64,000 nt of DNA from Clostridia bacterium (GTDB lineage Bacteria > Bacillota > Clostridia > Oscillospirales > CAG-272), in assembly GCA_017545225.1 (NCBI GenBank), contig JAFWPR010000004.1:6115-70114 (forward strand), written 5' to 3'. Below, piece by piece: positions 1-7,539 of this stretch. The notes beneath the pieces are model-generated. The model saw nothing but the letters and a program-made list of their open reading frames with translations, was not told the DNA's origin and searched no databases. Every line of letters starts with the position of its first letter. Positions within the stretch are counted from its first letter, which is position 1. Made by a program: the position numbers and the translations under genes.

Positions 1-143
1 GAATTCTGTTTGTTCGCAAGTTCCATCGCTTTCGTCTCGATGTATCCCGCGGGCATATTGTACATCAGGACGTATATGATGAACATGACGAAGAATAGGA
101 TCAAAACGCTGTATAACAATCGTTTTATCGTATACTTCAGCAT
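1..143 (-). CDS. ABC transporter permease, N-terminal fragment (continues past window start)
   Basis: Minus-strand translation from ATG at 143 gives MLKYTIKRLLYSVLILFFVMFIIYVLMYNMPAGYIETKAMELANKQN, a typical N-terminus/TM1 of Opp/Dpp-type permeases. It lies directly downstream of the binding-protein gene. Confidence 0.6.
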   Translation of the reverse strand, partial: MLKYTIKRLLYSVLILFFVMFIIYVLMYNMPAGYIETKAMELANKQN

Positions 144-287
144 TGGTTTTTTCTCATCTTTCTGTCAAAATCGGACGCATCCCGGTTGCCCTAAAAAGAC
201 TAATAAGCGGGAGGGGAGATAGACTCCCCTTCCGCATATCAGTTTCAGTTAAGGTTCAGACTGAACCCGGGATCCCGAGAGAATTGA

Positions 288-2519
288 TTATTTGACCTCG
301 AGATTCTCGATCTCAGCGTACCAACCCCAGAACGGAGTCATATCCTTCGGAACGGACTCGATAACGATGCGCTCCGTGGAGAAGGTGGTGCATTCCTTGC
401 GCTGATAGAGCGGCAGTTCGCAGCCCCAGTCAAGGATGATTTCCATAGCTTCTTTGTAAACGGACTTACGGTACTCGGTGTCGGCGCTGCTGCGACCGTC
501 TTTGATGAGCTTGTCGAGATCAGCGTCGTCTACCTGGTAGTGGTTGGAGTTCGTGCCGTTGCCGTGAGCGTTGGCACTGGAGTAGACCTGAGTCATATCC
601 GGGTCAACGGAAGCCTGCCAAGCGGCAGCCCACATCATAGCGGTGTTGCCGTTGAGGGAGTTGGACCAAACGGACGTTACGACGTCGTTGACCTGAAGCG
701 TGATGCCGATGGACTCGAGAGCGTTAGCGGTATTGACAGCAACACCGTAAGCGGGGTGGTCCTGCTCGCCCTGGCCGGGGATCATGATCTCATAAGTGGT
801 CTCAACGTCGGTGAACTTGCCGGAAGCTTCGTCAAAGGTGAAGCCTGCAGCCTTGAAGTATCCGATAGCTGCGTCAAGAGCAGCTTCGTACTTCTCTTCG
901 TCGGTCATGCCGTCGGTGTAGATCGGGTTGCCGTCTACGTCGGTGGAGTAAGCGATCCTGTAGCCCTCGTCAGCCGGCTGAGGAGCCGCCCAGGAGGTGT
1001 TGGAGATCGGGTACTGGATGACAGCGGCTCTCTCGCCGTAGTAGGAGTTGATGACGGAGTCGCGGTAAACCGAGAACAAAGTCATGAAGCCTTTACGGAG
1101 AGCCTTGGAAGCGTCGGACGCGGGATCATTGCCGACTTTGACGAGGTCAGCGTTGATGCCGAGGTAACCGTATCCGCGGTAGTCGACGAGATAGGTGGTG
1201 ACGACGTCACCGACGATTTCGTCGTTACCGTTGGCGTCCTTGATCGCCTTCACGGTGTCTTCGTTGATGGAGGGAGAAGCAGCGTCGTACGTGCCGGCTT
1301 CGATACCGGGAACGTAGTCGGAGTCAACGCCTTCCTTGAACTGAAGGGTAGCGATGTGAGGAGTGCCGAGAGCGTAGGTGGTGTTGGCGTTCAGAGTAAC
1401 GACGCCGTTGTTGTAGCCGCCGTAGGTGTAAGCGCCGCATCCGAGAGGATCGGCCGTCTTAGCCTTGATGGGGCTGAGATCGCCCTTGGTGAAACCGAAC
1501 TTGTTGTTCTCGTAATCGTATTCGTCAGCGTTGCCGTAGTGGTGAAGCGGAGCGATCACGAAGCTCATGTCGTAGATAGCGACGGCGTCAAACTCGGTCA
1601 TGTGGACGGTCATGGTGTAGTCACCGGTCTTCTTGATACCGGCGATGTTGGCAGCGGATTCCGCAAAGGAGACGGAGGTCTGCGTGTACTCGTCGATACC
1701 CGGGAAGAGGTCCTCAACGGAGGAACCGGCGTTCTCGGTGTCGATCATGCCGACCACGTCGTTGGCGTATGCTTCTTCAAGAGCCTTGGCGAAGGACTCG
1801 ATGGTGTTCTCTTCAGGCTCAAAGCCCCAAGCGCCTGCAGCGCCCTGAATGTCGCCGTCCTCGGCATAGCCGTTCTCGACGCAGTAAGCGACGATCTCTT
1901 CGGCAAGGCCCTTGGTAGCGGCGTCATACTTTTCCCAGAATGCGGTCTGCTGTTCTTCGGTCACGTTCGTGAAGTCGGTGTTGTCTCTGCCGAGACCGTA
2001 GATGTAGTTGAGCAGAGAATCCATACCGCTTCTGTACTCGTCCATACCTTCGATCGGAAGAGCATAGAGAGTGGAAGAACCGTCATACATCGGGTCGCAC
2101 ATTACGTAGATACCGAAAATGACGTCGTCGATGGTGGCCTTTACGCCGTCGGAGAAGACGACGTCGTCACGCATCTTGAGGTTGTAGTCGACGGTACCGT
2201 CATCGTTCTGGACGACTTCGACGTCACCGAAACCGTGGTAGGTGTAGTCGGTTCCGTTGTACGAACGGGTCTCGCCCTTGATGCCGTTTTCGACTACTGC
2301 GCCGCCGCGGTCAGACGCAAGAAGGTAACCCTGAGTAAGGTTTACGATGTCAGCGTCGTATGCGGTGGTGTAGAAGAAGGGAGTAAACTTCTGGTCAAAC
2401 GTGGAAGTCGCGTAGACCAGAGTTCCTTCGGGCGTTACTGCCGGCTTGCCGCAAGCAGCGAGCGCGACGGTCATGATCACGACCAGAAGGAGCGCGAGCA
2501 GTCTTGTGTGCTTGCTCAT
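288..2519 (-). CDS. ABC transporter substrate-binding lipoprotein (family 5, peptide/nickel type)
   Basis: 743-aa ORF with a lipoprotein signal peptide and lipobox (MSKHTRLLALLLVVIMTVALAACGK). Size and composition are typical of Opp/Dpp-like SBPs. An AGGAGG RBS lies just upstream. Confidence 0.75.
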   Translation of the reverse strand: MSKHTRLLALLLVVIMTVALAACGKPAVTPEGTLVYATSTFDQKFTPFFYTTAYDADIVNLTQGYLLASDRGGAVVENGIKGETRSYNGTDYTYHGFGDVEVVQNDDGTVDYNLKMRDDVVFSDGVKATIDDVIFGIYVMCDPMYDGSSTLYALPIEGMDEYRSGMDSLLNYIYGLGRDNTDFTNVTEEQQTAFWEKYDAATKGLAEEIVAYCVENGYAEDGDIQGAAGAWGFEPEENTIESFAKALEEAYANDVVGMIDTENAGSSVEDLFPGIDEYTQTSVSFAESAANIAGIKKTGDYTMTVHMTEFDAVAIYDMSFVIAPLHHYGNADEYDYENNKFGFTKGDLSPIKAKTADPLGCGAYTYGGYNNGVVTLNANTTYALGTPHIATLQFKEGVDSDYVPGIEAGTYDAASPSINEDTVKAIKDANGNDEIVGDVVTTYLVDYRGYGYLGINADLVKVGNDPASDASKALRKGFMTLFSVYRDSVINSYYGERAAVIQYPISNTSWAAPQPADEGYRIAYSTDVDGNPIYTDGMTDEEKYEAALDAAIGYFKAAGFTFDEASGKFTDVETTYEIMIPGQGEQDHPAYGVAVNTANALESIGITLQVNDVVTSVWSNSLNGNTAMMWAAAWQASVDPDMTQVYSSANAHGNGTNSNHYQVDDADLDKLIKDGRSSADTEYRKSVYKEAMEIILDWGCELPLYQRKECTTFSTERIVIESVPKDMTPFWGWYAEIENLEVK

Positions 2520-2600
2520 TTTTTCTTTTTCCTCCTAAGAAAAAATTTGTATTTTTATTAATTTGCGGTTAGGCAAATAATAAACGGAATAAATGAGGGA

Positions 2601-3179
2601 TCAGTCTTTCTCCTCTTCGGCGTCTTCGGCTTTCGCGGTCTTCGGGATCTCGGCGACGGCGAACGCGTCTTTCATCGAAAAGGCGACGGCTGCGACGCCG
2701 AACAGCAAGACCGCGGACGCTGCGGGAACGGCGTCGATCGCGGAGAATCGGGAACGCTCGACGAACGTGCCGACGATGAATCCGACGGCGGAACCGGCTG
2801 AGAACACCATGAGTATCACAGCCCCGCGTCTGACGCGGTTCGTGAACTTGTCGGCAGTCCTGCGTTTGAAAGGAGATTTCTCGCGGTACAGGGATACTGC
2901 GCAGTCGATGAGAAGATATATCGGTATCGCCGTAAAGATGAACGGCAGAGAGAAATATGCGAGGTGCATCGCTGCCGTGCGGGGGATAAGCGCCGCGACG
3001 TATGCGATCACCGCAACGGCGGCTGCCGCGGCGAGAATCGTTCTTTTTTTGAAGACGGCGGCTTCGTCGCCGGTGAATCTGAAGTACCCTCCCGCGTATC
3101 GGGCGGTGGATTTTATCCTGCCCTTGCCGTCGACTTCTCTTTCGATCTTATAGTCGTTGATGTATTTCTTTCGCGACAT
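2601..3179 (-). CDS. hypothetical membrane protein
   Basis: The track ORF 2601..3230 starts on TTG. An internal ATG at 3179 (MSRKKYINDYKIE...) follows a GGAAGG RBS and is preferred. Several hydrophobic helices are present and I recognise no family. Confidence 0.55.
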   Translation of the reverse strand: MSRKKYINDYKIEREVDGKGRIKSTARYAGGYFRFTGDEAAVFKKRTILAAAAAVAVIAYVAALIPRTAAMHLAYFSLPFIFTAIPIYLLIDCAVSLYREKSPFKRRTADKFTNRVRRGAVILMVFSAGSAVGFIVGTFVERSRFSAIDAVPAASAVLLFGVAAVAFSMKDAFAVAEIPKTAKAEDAEEEKD

Positions 3180-3256
3180 AGGCGTGGCCTTCCGTCCCTC
3201 CGGGGAAGTGAAATCATATAACGGCAGCAAACGATTTGCAAAATGGAGTATTCTTT

Positions 3257-3285
3257 ATTTTAGCGTAAAATTTACGATTTGTCAA
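3257..3285 (-). promoter_or_regulatory. sigma-70-like promoter (TTGACA-17-TAAAAT) for the 2601..3179 gene
   Basis: Minus strand reads TTGACAaatcgtaaattttacgcTAAAAT, a consensus -35 with a 17-nt spacer. Confidence 0.6.
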
Positions 3286-3406
3286 TATTTTTTCCAACGT
3301 TTTGTAAAAGGCTGAGCCTCCCGGACGCCCCGAAAAACCGCGCGGTGGAAAAACCCGTGCCCCGCCGCGTCGGACGCAAGATCGGAAAACGCAATACCTA
3401 ATTCGG

Positions 3407-3435
3407 ATTTTACCATAATTTGTTGCGACTTGCAA
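3407..3435 (-). promoter_or_regulatory. second upstream promoter (TTGCAA-17-TAAAAT)
   Basis: Minus strand reads TTGCAAgtcgcaacaaattatggTAAAAT. It sits about 120 nt upstream of the 3257..3285 promoter. Confidence 0.5.
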
Positions 3436-3513
3436 TAATATCGGCTAAAAAACTTGCCGTATATATATAATTGAAGGAGCGCGTCGGGCCTCATGAGGCT
3501 GTACGCGGACGAA

Positions 3514-3545
3514 ACGAAAAACGCCCCCGATCCGGGGAGCGTTTG
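3514..3545 (-). terminator. intrinsic terminator after the GNAT gene
   Basis: Minus strand reads AAACGCTCCCCGGATCGGGGGCGTTTTTCGTTT, a GC stem followed by a T-run, immediately after the stop at 3560. Confidence 0.7.
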
Positions 3546-3559
3546 CAGAGCCACGAGGA

Positions 3560-4072
3560 TCATTCGGACGAGGCGAGGTATTCTTCCCGCGTCAGCTCAA
3601 GGTGAATGATGCCGTTCTCCTCGCCTGTCTCGCGGAAGCCGATCGCTTTGTGTACGTGATACGCCGCGTCCCGCGCCGTTTCGAAATCGTTGTTGAGACG
3701 GGGGATCCCGTCGATCCTGAAGGCTCGGTCCGCGAGCAGACGGAGCCCCTCTTTTGCGTATCCTTTTCCGCGTTCCGGAGCGTAGATCACGATGCCCATA
3801 TCGTAACGCTTTCCGTCGCGGCTTTTGTGATAATTCACGTCGCCGACGAAAGCGCCGTCCGATACGCGCTGAAGAAAGGCGTAAAAGCGCTCGGGCTCGC
3901 GGCCGATCCAGCCCGAGAGCAGATCTTCCCATTCGGATTCCGGGTCCGGGATGCACCCGTCCGGCGGGAACCACGGCGCGTTGTACGCCATGGTGGCGGG
4001 ATCGGTCATCATTTTCACGTAAAAACGGCCGTCCTCGGGACGGGGGATATAAAGGCGAAGGGATGGGGTCAT
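3560..4072 (-). CDS. GNAT family N-acetyltransferase (RimJ/RimL-like)
   Basis: Acetyl-CoA binding signature ERGKGYAKEGLRLLADRAF. The ATG at 4072 (MTPSLRLYIPRPEDG...) follows a GAAGG RBS, so the track start at 4150 is probably too long. Confidence 0.8.
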   Translation of the reverse strand: MTPSLRLYIPRPEDGRFYVKMMTDPATMAYNAPWFPPDGCIPDPESEWEDLLSGWIGREPERFYAFLQRVSDGAFVGDVNYHKSRDGKRYDMGIVIYAPERGKGYAKEGLRLLADRAFRIDGIPRLNNDFETARDAAYHVHKAIGFRETGEENGIIHLELTREEYLASSE

Positions 4073-4145
4073 GAGGGCCTTCGGGATCAGCGAGAATGAC
4101 TGATTTAAATATAGCAGATTATAAAGGGGATGGCAAGGGGGAGGA

Positions 4146-4372
4146 TTCAAATCTCTCCCGCCAAAGGAAAAGCACGCCGATGGCGTGCTTTAGTTATCTG
4201 ATGAAGTCAGCGTAAACAGTTCGAGAAGGTGCACCCCCTTTGCGGTGCCCTCCGCTTGCTGACGCAAGCGGGATAAAATCCGTCGTGAAATGGGACCCGC
4301 ACCCATTTCACTTTGCTTCGCAAAGACCGCCGGATTTTACGGCGGCCGTCCGTTCGTTTTTCGATATTTGAG
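4146..4372 (-). ncRNA. candidate structured RNA, unit A (unclassified; GNAT-proximal copy)
   Basis: Copy of a ~227-bp tandem unit with three-way junction stems at 4275-4282/4331-4338, 4311-4316/4320-4325 and 4286-4294/4302-4310, plus a hairpin at 4252-4259/4264-4271. The conserved 18-mer is at 4194-4211 and a terminator hairpin at 4171-4189. Confidence 0.4.
4163..4190 (-). terminator. intrinsic terminator closing unit A
   Basis: Minus strand reads AAGCACGCCATCGGCGTGCTTTTCCTTTGG. Confidence 0.6.
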
Positions 4373-4600
4373 TTCAAATCTCTCCCGCCAAAGGAAAAGG
4401 ACGCAAATGCGTCCTTATATTATCTGATGAAGTCAGCAGTAGTTGTTAGAAAAGATACACCCCGGGTTGCGGTGCCCTCTGCTTGCTGACGCAAGCAGGA
4501 TAAAGTTCTCTTGAAATGGGTCCCGACCCATTTCACCCGGCTTTGCCGGGACGAGAACTTTACGGCGGTTCGGCGTTCGACTCTCTGCATTTGGAGCGGC
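4373..4600 (-). ncRNA. candidate structured RNA, unit B (unclassified; tRNA-proximal copy)
   Basis: Second copy with stems at 4502-4510/4553-4561, 4536-4540/4546-4550 and 4512-4520/4527-4535, plus a hairpin at 4479-4486/4491-4498. The conserved 18-mer is at 4420-4437 and a terminator hairpin at 4397-4416. Stems differ in sequence from unit A but still pair. Confidence 0.4.
4390..4416 (-). terminator. intrinsic terminator closing unit B
   Basis: Minus strand reads AAGGACGCATTTGCGTCCTTTTCCTTTGG. Confidence 0.6.
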
Positions 4601-4714
4601 GCCGCGATTTCGACCGCGGCAGCGTTATCGCCTCCCCTCGGTCCGCCCCCGGCGGCGGGGAGGCGATAACACCCGCGCCGGTTAACCGGCGCTCGAGATT
4701 TTTCTTCTCCGTAG

Positions 4715-4742
4715 AAAAGAGGACGCGAATGCGTCCTCTTTT
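4715..4742 (-). terminator. intrinsic terminator directly after tRNA-Ser
   Basis: Minus strand reads AAAAGAGGACGCATTCGCGTCCTCTTTTCTAC and starts 3 nt after the tRNA 3' end. Confidence 0.65.
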
Positions 4743-4744
4743 CA

Positions 4745-4833
4745 CGGAGAAGGAGAGATTTGAACTCTCGCGCCGGTTACCCGACCTACACCCTTAGCAG
4801 GGGCGCCTCTTCGGCCAACTTGAGTACTTCTCC
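4745..4833 (-). tRNA. tRNA-Ser (anticodon GCT)
   Basis: Minus strand reads GGAGAAGTACTCAAGTTGGCCGAAGAGGCGCCCCTGCTAAGGGTGTAGGTCGGGTAACCGGCGCGAGAGTTCAAATCTCTCCTTCTCCG. It has a 7-bp acceptor stem, anticodon loop CTGCTAA, a long variable arm and T-loop TTCAAAT. No CCA is encoded. Confidence 0.9.
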
Positions 4834-4864
4834 GAATTCACAAAATTATTCTTTTGTACACGAT

Positions 4865-4893
4865 AGTATACACCACGGGGACGCGTTTGTCAA
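4865..4893 (-). promoter_or_regulatory. promoter for tRNA-Ser (TTGACA-17-TATACT)
   Basis: Minus strand reads TTGACAaacgcgtccccgtggtgTATACT, about 30 nt upstream of the tRNA 5' end. Confidence 0.65.
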
Positions 4894-4963
4894 GGAAAAA
4901 AACGAAGGAAGCCGCAAAGCGTCCGAAACGGCAGAAAAAAAGGCGCAAAAACGGCTTTTTCTA

Positions 4964-4992
4964 TTGACATTTTCTCACCTTTAAGATACAAT
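4964..4992 (+). promoter_or_regulatory. promoter for the oxidoreductase gene (TTGACA-17-TACAAT)
   Basis: Plus strand reads TTGACAttttctcacctttaagaTACAAT. Confidence 0.6.
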
Positions 4993-5095
4993 GCTATCGG
5001 TAACATTCTTGCTCTTTCGGCAATTGTCTTAATATCTGGCCGAAAGCGCTTTTCCGCCGCCTGCGCGGCGGAAAACGCGGGAAAGGTAGGTTCAA

Positions 5096-6139
5096 ATGAA
5101 AAAGAAAGCGGCCGTAATAGGCTACGGAGGAATGGGCGGCTGGCACGTCGACCACATCCTCAAAAGCGACGTCGTGACTCTCGCCGGAATATACGACATC
5201 AAAGAAGAAAGACGCGCGCTCGCGGAGTCACGCGGTATCAGGGCGTACTCGTCCCGGGAAGAGCTCCTCGCGGATCCCGAGATCGAGCTCGTCACCGTCG
5301 CCACCCCGAACGACGTTCATGAAGAGATAGTGATCGCCTCCCTTGAGGCGGGTAAAAATACTCTTTCCGAAAAACCCGTAACTCTCTCCCTTGAGAGCCT
5401 TGAGAGGATGATCGCCGCCTCGAAAAAGGCAGGCCGCATCTTCTCCGTCCACCAGAACAGACGCTTCGACGTCGACTACCTCGCAATGAAAAAGATCCAC
5501 GACAGCGGCGAGATCGGCGAGATAATCGACCTCGAGTCCCGTATCCACGGCAGCCGCGGCATCCCCTCCGACTGGAGAAGTCAGAAGGAATACGGCGGCG
5601 GAATGCTCTACGACTGGGGCATCCACCTCATCGACCAGGCGCTCATGGTCCTCGGATTCGACGTCGAATCCGTCCGCTGCACCTGCGACCACATCACCAA
5701 CGACGAAGTCGACGACGGCTTCAAACTCTATATCGACCTCAAGTCGGGCAAAAAAGCGTATATCGAAGTCGAGACGTACAACTTTATCGCCATGCCTCGC
5801 TTCTATATGAGAGGGCGCGGAGGCACCGCGATGATCACCGACTGGCGCGAAAAGGCTCATATTGCGAAATGCAAGGCGTGGAACGAGTCCGACGTTCTCC
5901 CCGTCGAGACGGCGGCGGGCATCACCAAGACGATGGCGCCCCGCGACTCCATCACGATGGACGAGTACGACATCGAAAGACCCGTGTCCGACGTTCACGA
6001 CTATTACCGCAACCTCGTCCGCGCCATCGACGGGCTCGAGGAACAGTTCGTCACTCACGATCAGATGAGGACCGATCTGAAGGTTATCCTCAAAGCGTTC
6101 GAGTCCGACGCCAAGGGCGGCGACAGGGTATATTTCTGA
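5096..6139 (+). CDS. Gfo/Idh/MocA family oxidoreductase
   Basis: N-terminal Rossmann motif AAVIGYGGMGGWH and the EKP motif (LSEKPVTL) typical of this family. 347 aa. Confidence 0.8.
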   Translation: MKKKAAVIGYGGMGGWHVDHILKSDVVTLAGIYDIKEERRALAESRGIRAYSSREELLADPEIELVTVATPNDVHEEIVIASLEAGKNTLSEKPVTLSLESLERMIAASKKAGRIFSVHQNRRFDVDYLAMKKIHDSGEIGEIIDLESRIHGSRGIPSDWRSQKEYGGGMLYDWGIHLIDQALMVLGFDVESVRCTCDHITNDEVDDGFKLYIDLKSGKKAYIEVETYNFIAMPRFYMRGRGGTAMITDWREKAHIAKCKAWNESDVLPVETAAGITKTMAPRDSITMDEYDIERPVSDVHDYYRNLVRAIDGLEEQFVTHDQMRTDLKVILKAFESDAKGGDRVYF

Positions 6140-6149
6140 GGGCGCCGCG

Positions 6150-6965
6150 ATGTTGAAGAAGACGAAGCTCTGGGATAACGGGACCCCGTACTACGACCCC
6201 GCGAAAGGGCAGGACGAGCCGTCGCTCGTCCACTACACCGACCTCGGCGGGAATGCTCGCCCCGACCGCGAAAAGACGGGCTGCGTCATCGTGTTTCCGG
6301 GCGGCGGATACGGCTCCCTGACGGATTACGAGGGCGAACCGATCTCCCGTATGTTCAACAGTTTCGGGATCAGATCCTTCGTTCTCAACTACCGCATTAC
6401 GCCTTATCATTATCCCGCGATCCTTATGGATGCGCAGCGCGCGGTACGCTGGGTCAGATACCACGCCGACGAGCTGATGATCGACCCCGACAAGATCGCC
6501 GTTCTCGGTTTCTCCGCGGGCGGTCACCTCGCGTCGTGCGCGTCGACCGTTTACGACGGAGGACTCTCTGACGGGGACGAGATCGACCGTGTTTCCTGCC
6601 GTCCCGACGCGGGCATCCTCTGCTACGCCGTCATTTCGATGTTCGAGCCGTGGACGCACGACGGAACGAGAGACGTCATGATGGGCGACCGTCCCGACAG
6701 GGAAGAGCTGACCCGACGTCTCACCGGATACCTGAACGTGACGGAGGACACGCCTCCGATCTTCATGTTCCACACGACGGAAGACAGCGCGGTCCCGCAG
6801 GAGAATTCCCTTCTCATGGCGCAGGCGCTCGCCGAAAAGAAGATCCCGTACGAGCTTCACATGTTCATGGACGGAGATCACGGTCTCGGTCTCGCTCTTG
6901 GCAGACCCGGCCTTGAAAAGTGGGGAGAACTCGCTTCCATCTGGCTCAAAAAACTCGGATTCTGA
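6150..6965 (+). CDS. alpha/beta hydrolase (esterase/lipase type)
   Basis: Oxyanion-hole region VFPGGGY, nucleophile elbow GFSAGGH and a C-terminal DGDHG. 271 aa. Confidence 0.75.
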   Translation: MLKKTKLWDNGTPYYDPAKGQDEPSLVHYTDLGGNARPDREKTGCVIVFPGGGYGSLTDYEGEPISRMFNSFGIRSFVLNYRITPYHYPAILMDAQRAVRWVRYHADELMIDPDKIAVLGFSAGGHLASCASTVYDGGLSDGDEIDRVSCRPDAGILCYAVISMFEPWTHDGTRDVMMGDRPDREELTRRLTGYLNVTEDTPPIFMFHTTEDSAVPQENSLLMAQALAEKKIPYELHMFMDGDHGLGLALGRPGLEKWGELASIWLKKLGF

Positions 6966-7017
6966 AAGAAATAACGCGGCGCGGATCTTCATCCGCGCCG
7001 TAATTATAGGTGACGAT

Positions 7018-7527
7018 ATGGATGAAAAGATCAAGCCGTGGGGCGACGAAAGAGTCGAAGGACTGCTGTCTGCGCTCCGCGAGAGGAAACTGACCGTCGG
7101 GACGGCGGAGAGCTGTACGGCGGGTATGATATCTGCGCGTATCGCCGATATTCCGGGCTCGTCCGACGTTCTGCTCGGCGGGATCGTTTCTTATTCGAAC
7201 GGAATAAAGATGAAACTGCTCGGCGTGAGCGAAAAAACGCTCCGCGAACACGGGGCGGTGTCCGAGGAGTGCGCCCGCGAGATGGCGGACGGCGCGCGGG
7301 ATGCGCTCGGGTGCGATATAGCGGTCTCCGTAACCGGGATCGCGGGACCGGGCGGCGGCACGCCCGACAAGCCGGTCGGCACCGTCTGTTTCGGGATCTC
7401 GACGGCGGACGGGGCGCGAACGAAAACGGAGCGTTTCGGCGAAGCCGGAGGCAGAAACGCCGTCCGCACGCTGACCGTTGCGGCCGCGCTCGGGATGATA
7501 GAAGACGAAATAAAAAACCGTGGTTGA
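7018..7527 (+). CDS. pncC: CinA C-terminal domain / nicotinamide-nucleotide amidohydrolase PncC-like
   Basis: Internal ATG at 7018 (MDEKIKPWG...). Contains the conserved TVGTAESCTAGMISARI and SVTGIAGPGGGT motifs of the CinA/PncC domain. Confidence 0.8.
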   Translation: MDEKIKPWGDERVEGLLSALRERKLTVGTAESCTAGMISARIADIPGSSDVLLGGIVSYSNGIKMKLLGVSEKTLREHGAVSEECAREMADGARDALGCDIAVSVTGIAGPGGGTPDKPVGTVCFGISTADGARTKTERFGEAGGRNAVRTLTVAAALGMIEDEIKNRG

Positions 7528-7539
7528 TCCACGGTTTTC

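Noticed and set aside
10-222. 70-aa plus-strand ORF at the window start
   Set aside because: The opposite strand encodes a convincing ABC permease N-terminus (ATG at 143) downstream of the SBP gene. The plus ORF has no RBS and no recognisable sequence.
540-2561. 673-aa plus-strand ORF spanning the whole binding-protein gene
   Set aside because: It is antisense to a well-supported lipoprotein SBP gene. The translation is a low-complexity Val/Gly/Asp/Ser-rich shadow typical of the opposite strand of a high-GC gene, with no RBS or recognisable motifs.
4146-4600. Tandem units interpreted as tRNA genes or pseudogenes, or as T-box leaders
   Set aside because: Only a T-arm-like 13-16-mer is present, and I could fold no acceptor, D or anticodon arms on either strand. 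The T-box consensus (GGGTGGTACCGCG) is absent; the nearest block is GGGCACCGCAA without the UGGN bulge sequence.
4600-4714. Possible tRNA-Sec or other long-arm tRNA (starts GGAGAAG like the adjacent tRNA-Ser and has a GTCGAAAT hairpin loop)
   Set aside because: The 5' GGAGAAG has no complementary 3' acceptor strand, there is no anticodon loop with TCA, and the hairpin spacing does not fit a cloverleaf.
6974-7001. 10-bp GC hairpin (CGGCGCGGAT/ATCCGCGCCG) after the esterase gene as an intrinsic terminator
   Set aside because: It is not followed by a T-run and the next gene starts 17 nt later. It may attenuate or stabilise the transcript, but I cannot call it a terminator with confidence.
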